Below are positions 61,783 to 64,000 of a stretch of 64,000 nucleotides of DNA, piece by piece. The notes beneath the pieces were generated by a model. That model worked only from the letters and a program-made list of their open reading frames with translations. It did no database searches and was not told where the DNA came from. Numbering within the stretch: position 1 is the stretch's first letter; each line of letters begins with the position of its first letter. The stretch lies in the IMG/VR virus record IMGVR_UViG_3300035703_000010, positions 124,001 through 188,000 of that record, one strand, 5' to 3'. A program made the position numbers and the translations under genes.

Positions 61783-63306
61783 ATGGCAATCTTATCAATA
61801 AGAAACTTCGGCAATATACAAATATTGAGAGTTGATTCTAATCCAGAGGGTATATCTGCTCCTACAAATTCACTTGCGACAGTATCCACTAGTCGAAACG
61901 TTTACAGAAACGTCGGAGGGACTAGCTGGCAATTATTGAATTCTGTTTCTATATTACCTCCAGTTGTTCCGAAGCCAGGTTCCGGATCTGGTTCAGGTTC
62001 CGGAGGCGCACAAGGTGCTCAAGGAAGAGTTGGGCATCAAGGTCTTCAAGGCCTTCAAGGATATCAAGGAAGCCAAGGTACTATGGGCACACAAGGTGTT
62101 CAAGGTGCACAAGGCGCTTTTGGGTATGGACCTCAAGGAAATAGAGGTCCTCAAGGCCTTCAAGGCGTCCAAGGTGATGATGGTGTCCAAGGACCTCAAG
62201 GTGTTCCAGGATCTCAAGGAGCAACTGGTATTGGAGCTCAAGGATATCAAGGCCGACCTGGAAATAAAGGAGAAGATGCAACTGAACCTGGTCCTCAAGG
62301 TTATCAAGGTCCTCAAGGTAATACAGGACCTGCAGGAACGTCAGGAACTCAAGGCCTTCAAGGAGCTCAAGGCGTTCAAGGAGCTCAAGGAAGAGTAGGC
62401 CCTAACGGGTCTATTGGTCCTCAGGGTCTTCAAGGTGCCCAAGGACGACAAGGATCAGGCGGAATCGGTCAACAAGGTTCACAAGGATATGATGGTGCGC
62501 AAGGTAGATCTGGATCAGCTGGATCTCAAGGTACTCAAGGCGCTCAAGGACATCCTGGATCTGACGAAATTGGAGCTCAAGGTGCTCAAGGAGTTCAAAG
62601 CGTAGTTGCAGGCCCTCGAGGATATGCTGGATTAATTGGCCCACAAGGTGGGATAGGCCCACAAGGCGATACTGGAGCTCAAGGATACGGAATACCAGGT
62701 CCTCAAGGTGACGTTGGTGCTCAAGGGCATCAAGGTAGAATCGGTTCGAATGGGTTATCAGGAAATACTGGAGATTCTAACGGGTCAGCTTTGATTCTAG
62801 TTGAAGCAAAACAAATCAGCACTGGAGTTCAAACAGTAACATTCGAAAATCTAGATGGAGATTCTGATAGAATTTATTTTATTAGAGGAAGAGTGTTAAG
62901 ACCAGCAGGATCTGCAGGAACTACATTTACTTATTCAGTTCGTCCTAATGGATTAACAACTAATTTAGCTTATATAAGCTACGGTGGATATTATAGCACC
63001 GCTGCAGGATCAAACGCTATCTCAACCAGCGCAGGATCTAGTGGGTATTTGATAGGTAGCAGCACTTCTACAACAAGATTTGATCTTCAGATGTGGATTT
63101 CTGCTGAAAAAACGTTGCCTAGACTCTTCGACATCGCTATTAGCAGAAGAGTTTTTGATGGATCAAACCAACAATTTGATGTTTGGAGAAGCGGGGTTCG
63201 TTGGAATGAAACTACAACGAATTTAACATCAATAGAAATTAACTGTGATAGATCTGGCGGTCTTGCTGCTGGAACTGAGCTTTACCTTTATAAATTAGTA
63301 TGCTGA
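61783..63306 (+). CDS. Collagen-like fibre protein
   Basis: Long Gly-X-Y (mostly G-X-Q) tract between an N-terminal anchor domain and a C-terminal globular domain. Confidence 0.88.
   Translation: MAILSIRNFGNIQILRVDSNPEGISAPTNSLATVSTSRNVYRNVGGTSWQLLNSVSILPPVVPKPGSGSGSGSGGAQGAQGRVGHQGLQGLQGYQGSQGTMGTQGVQGAQGAFGYGPQGNRGPQGLQGVQGDDGVQGPQGVPGSQGATGIGAQGYQGRPGNKGEDATEPGPQGYQGPQGNTGPAGTSGTQGLQGAQGVQGAQGRVGPNGSIGPQGLQGAQGRQGSGGIGQQGSQGYDGAQGRSGSAGSQGTQGAQGHPGSDEIGAQGAQGVQSVVAGPRGYAGLIGPQGGIGPQGDTGAQGYGIPGPQGDVGAQGHQGRIGSNGLSGNTGDSNGSALILVEAKQISTGVQTVTFENLDGDSDRIYFIRGRVLRPAGSAGTTFTYSVRPNGLTTNLAYISYGGYYSTAAGSNAISTSAGSSGYLIGSSTSTTRFDLQMWISAEKTLPRLFDIAISRRVFDGSNQQFDVWRSGVRWNETTTNLTSIEINCDRSGGLAAGTELYLYKLVC
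62005..62775 (+). repeat. Gly-X-Gln collagen repeat tract (9-nt periodicity, recurrent CAAGG)
   Basis: Direct reading: GAQGAQGRVGHQGLQGLQGYQGSQG...; coding repeat with a few interruptions. Confidence 0.9.
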
Positions 63307-63321
63307 TGAAAGGAACATGAT

Positions 63322-64000
63322 ATGGCTGTTTTATTAAGAAAAAAATTTGGCATCATAGACTTGTTAAGAGTTGATGCTGTTCCTGATGGAATAACGGCTC
63401 CTGTTAATTCATTGGCAACGTTGTCGACTAATGGAAGCATCTATAAAAACGTAGGAGGGACTTCATGGCAATTAGTGAGTTCTTCAACGTTACTTCTTCC
63501 TTCTAATGATGAAGGTGGACAAGAAGGAGGCGGAGGAGCGGGTTCTCAAGGCGCTCAAGGAGCAAGAGGCGTACAAGGTGCTCAAGGTGCTCAAGGACCA
63601 GTCGGAAATGAAGGTTCAAAAGGAACTTCTGGATTAGGTGGGCCAGGAGGTGATTCTGGTTCCGGAGCGCAAGGTTTACAAGGGCCTCAAGGATTATTAG
63701 GACCACAAGGTCGTCCTGGGATGGTCGGCGCGCAAGGACATCAAGGAGTCCAAGGAGCAAACGGCGATACTACCCAACAAGGGCCGCAAGGAAATCCTGG
63801 AATCAAAGGTGCAGATGGTTCAGATAGCATTGGGTCAATTGGCCCGCAAGGGTTGCCTGGATCGCAAGGACCTCAAGGACAAAGTTATGCTGGTTATGCT
63901 GGACATAGAGGCATGTCAGGAGATACTGGTCCTCAGGGATCTTCTAATAATTCTCCAGGATTAACTGGACATACTGGATCACCAGGGCTTCCTGGAGATG
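63322..64000 (+). CDS. Second collagen-like fibre protein (3'-truncated by the window end)
   Basis: MAVLLRKKFGIIDLLRVDAVPDGITAPVNSLATLST...KNVGGTSWQL is clearly paralogous to the N-terminus at 61783, then G-X-Q repeats. RBS AAGGA. Confidence 0.88.
   Translation, partial: MAVLLRKKFGIIDLLRVDAVPDGITAPVNSLATLSTNGSIYKNVGGTSWQLVSSSTLLLPSNDEGGQEGGGGAGSQGAQGARGVQGAQGAQGPVGNEGSKGTSGLGGPGGDSGSGAQGLQGPQGLLGPQGRPGMVGAQGHQGVQGANGDTTQQGPQGNPGIKGADGSDSIGSIGPQGLPGSQGPQGQSYAGYAGHRGMSGDTGPQGSSNNSPGLTGHTGSPGLPGD

Noticed and set aside
1-64000. Alternative genetic code (TAG or TGA recoding), as in some jumbo phages
   Set aside because: Conserved enzymes are full length in the standard code and end at all three stop codons. 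The only broken gene (dnaE) is explained by the split intein.
1-64000. Bacterial chromosome origin, suggested by recA, dnaE, aceA, clpP and sod
   Set aside because: These genes are interleaved with baseplate, tail-collar and fibre genes and a gp32-like SSB, and there are no ribosomal, envelope or typical housekeeping operons.
1-64000. tRNA, rRNA or CRISPR arrays
   Set aside because: No cloverleaf or regularly spaced repeat was seen in the few intergenic gaps. GTTCGA hits (e.g. ~62746) lie inside coding sequence. A tRNAscan-SE run would be the proper check.

Overview
This window looks like 64 kb of a large, AT-rich tailed-phage genome (jumbo myovirus-like), using the standard genetic code with mostly + strand, densely packed genes. 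I found no rRNA, tRNA or CRISPR array. In order it contains: (1) the end of a baseplate module (1-4693); (2) a replication and nucleotide-metabolism block with a short PolA-like protein, HD protein, gp32-like SSB, RecA, dUTPase, 5'-3' exonuclease, DnaB-like helicase, class II RNR, ThyX, Tmk and a second all-alpha dNTP pyrophosphatase; (3) accessory and probable head-associated genes, an IMPDH-family enzyme and an actin-like ATPase; (4) a DnaE polymerase broken into two genes by a naturally split intein, with a zinc-finger/Vsr-like endonuclease gene between the halves; (5) a cluster of dNMP kinase, T4 beta-glucosyltransferase-like enzyme, two NDP-sugar epimerases, a thymidylate-synthase homologue with the dCMP-specifying Asp, thymidine kinase and dCMP deaminase; (6) auxiliary genes including SOD, C-N hydrolase, ClpP, an intact isocitrate lyase, Nudix, TrmH and a GapR-like protein; (7) tail-fibre and collagen-like genes. 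The strongest leads are a probable cytosine-replacement and glycosylation pathway that may use a non-glucose sugar, the split-intein DnaE, a family of about 15 unrelated proteins sharing an N-terminal 'L(R/K)xII(K/R)EE' helix and often an upstream ATANTTA motif, and a phage-borne aceA. All family assignments come from motifs I read by eye; no database searches were run.
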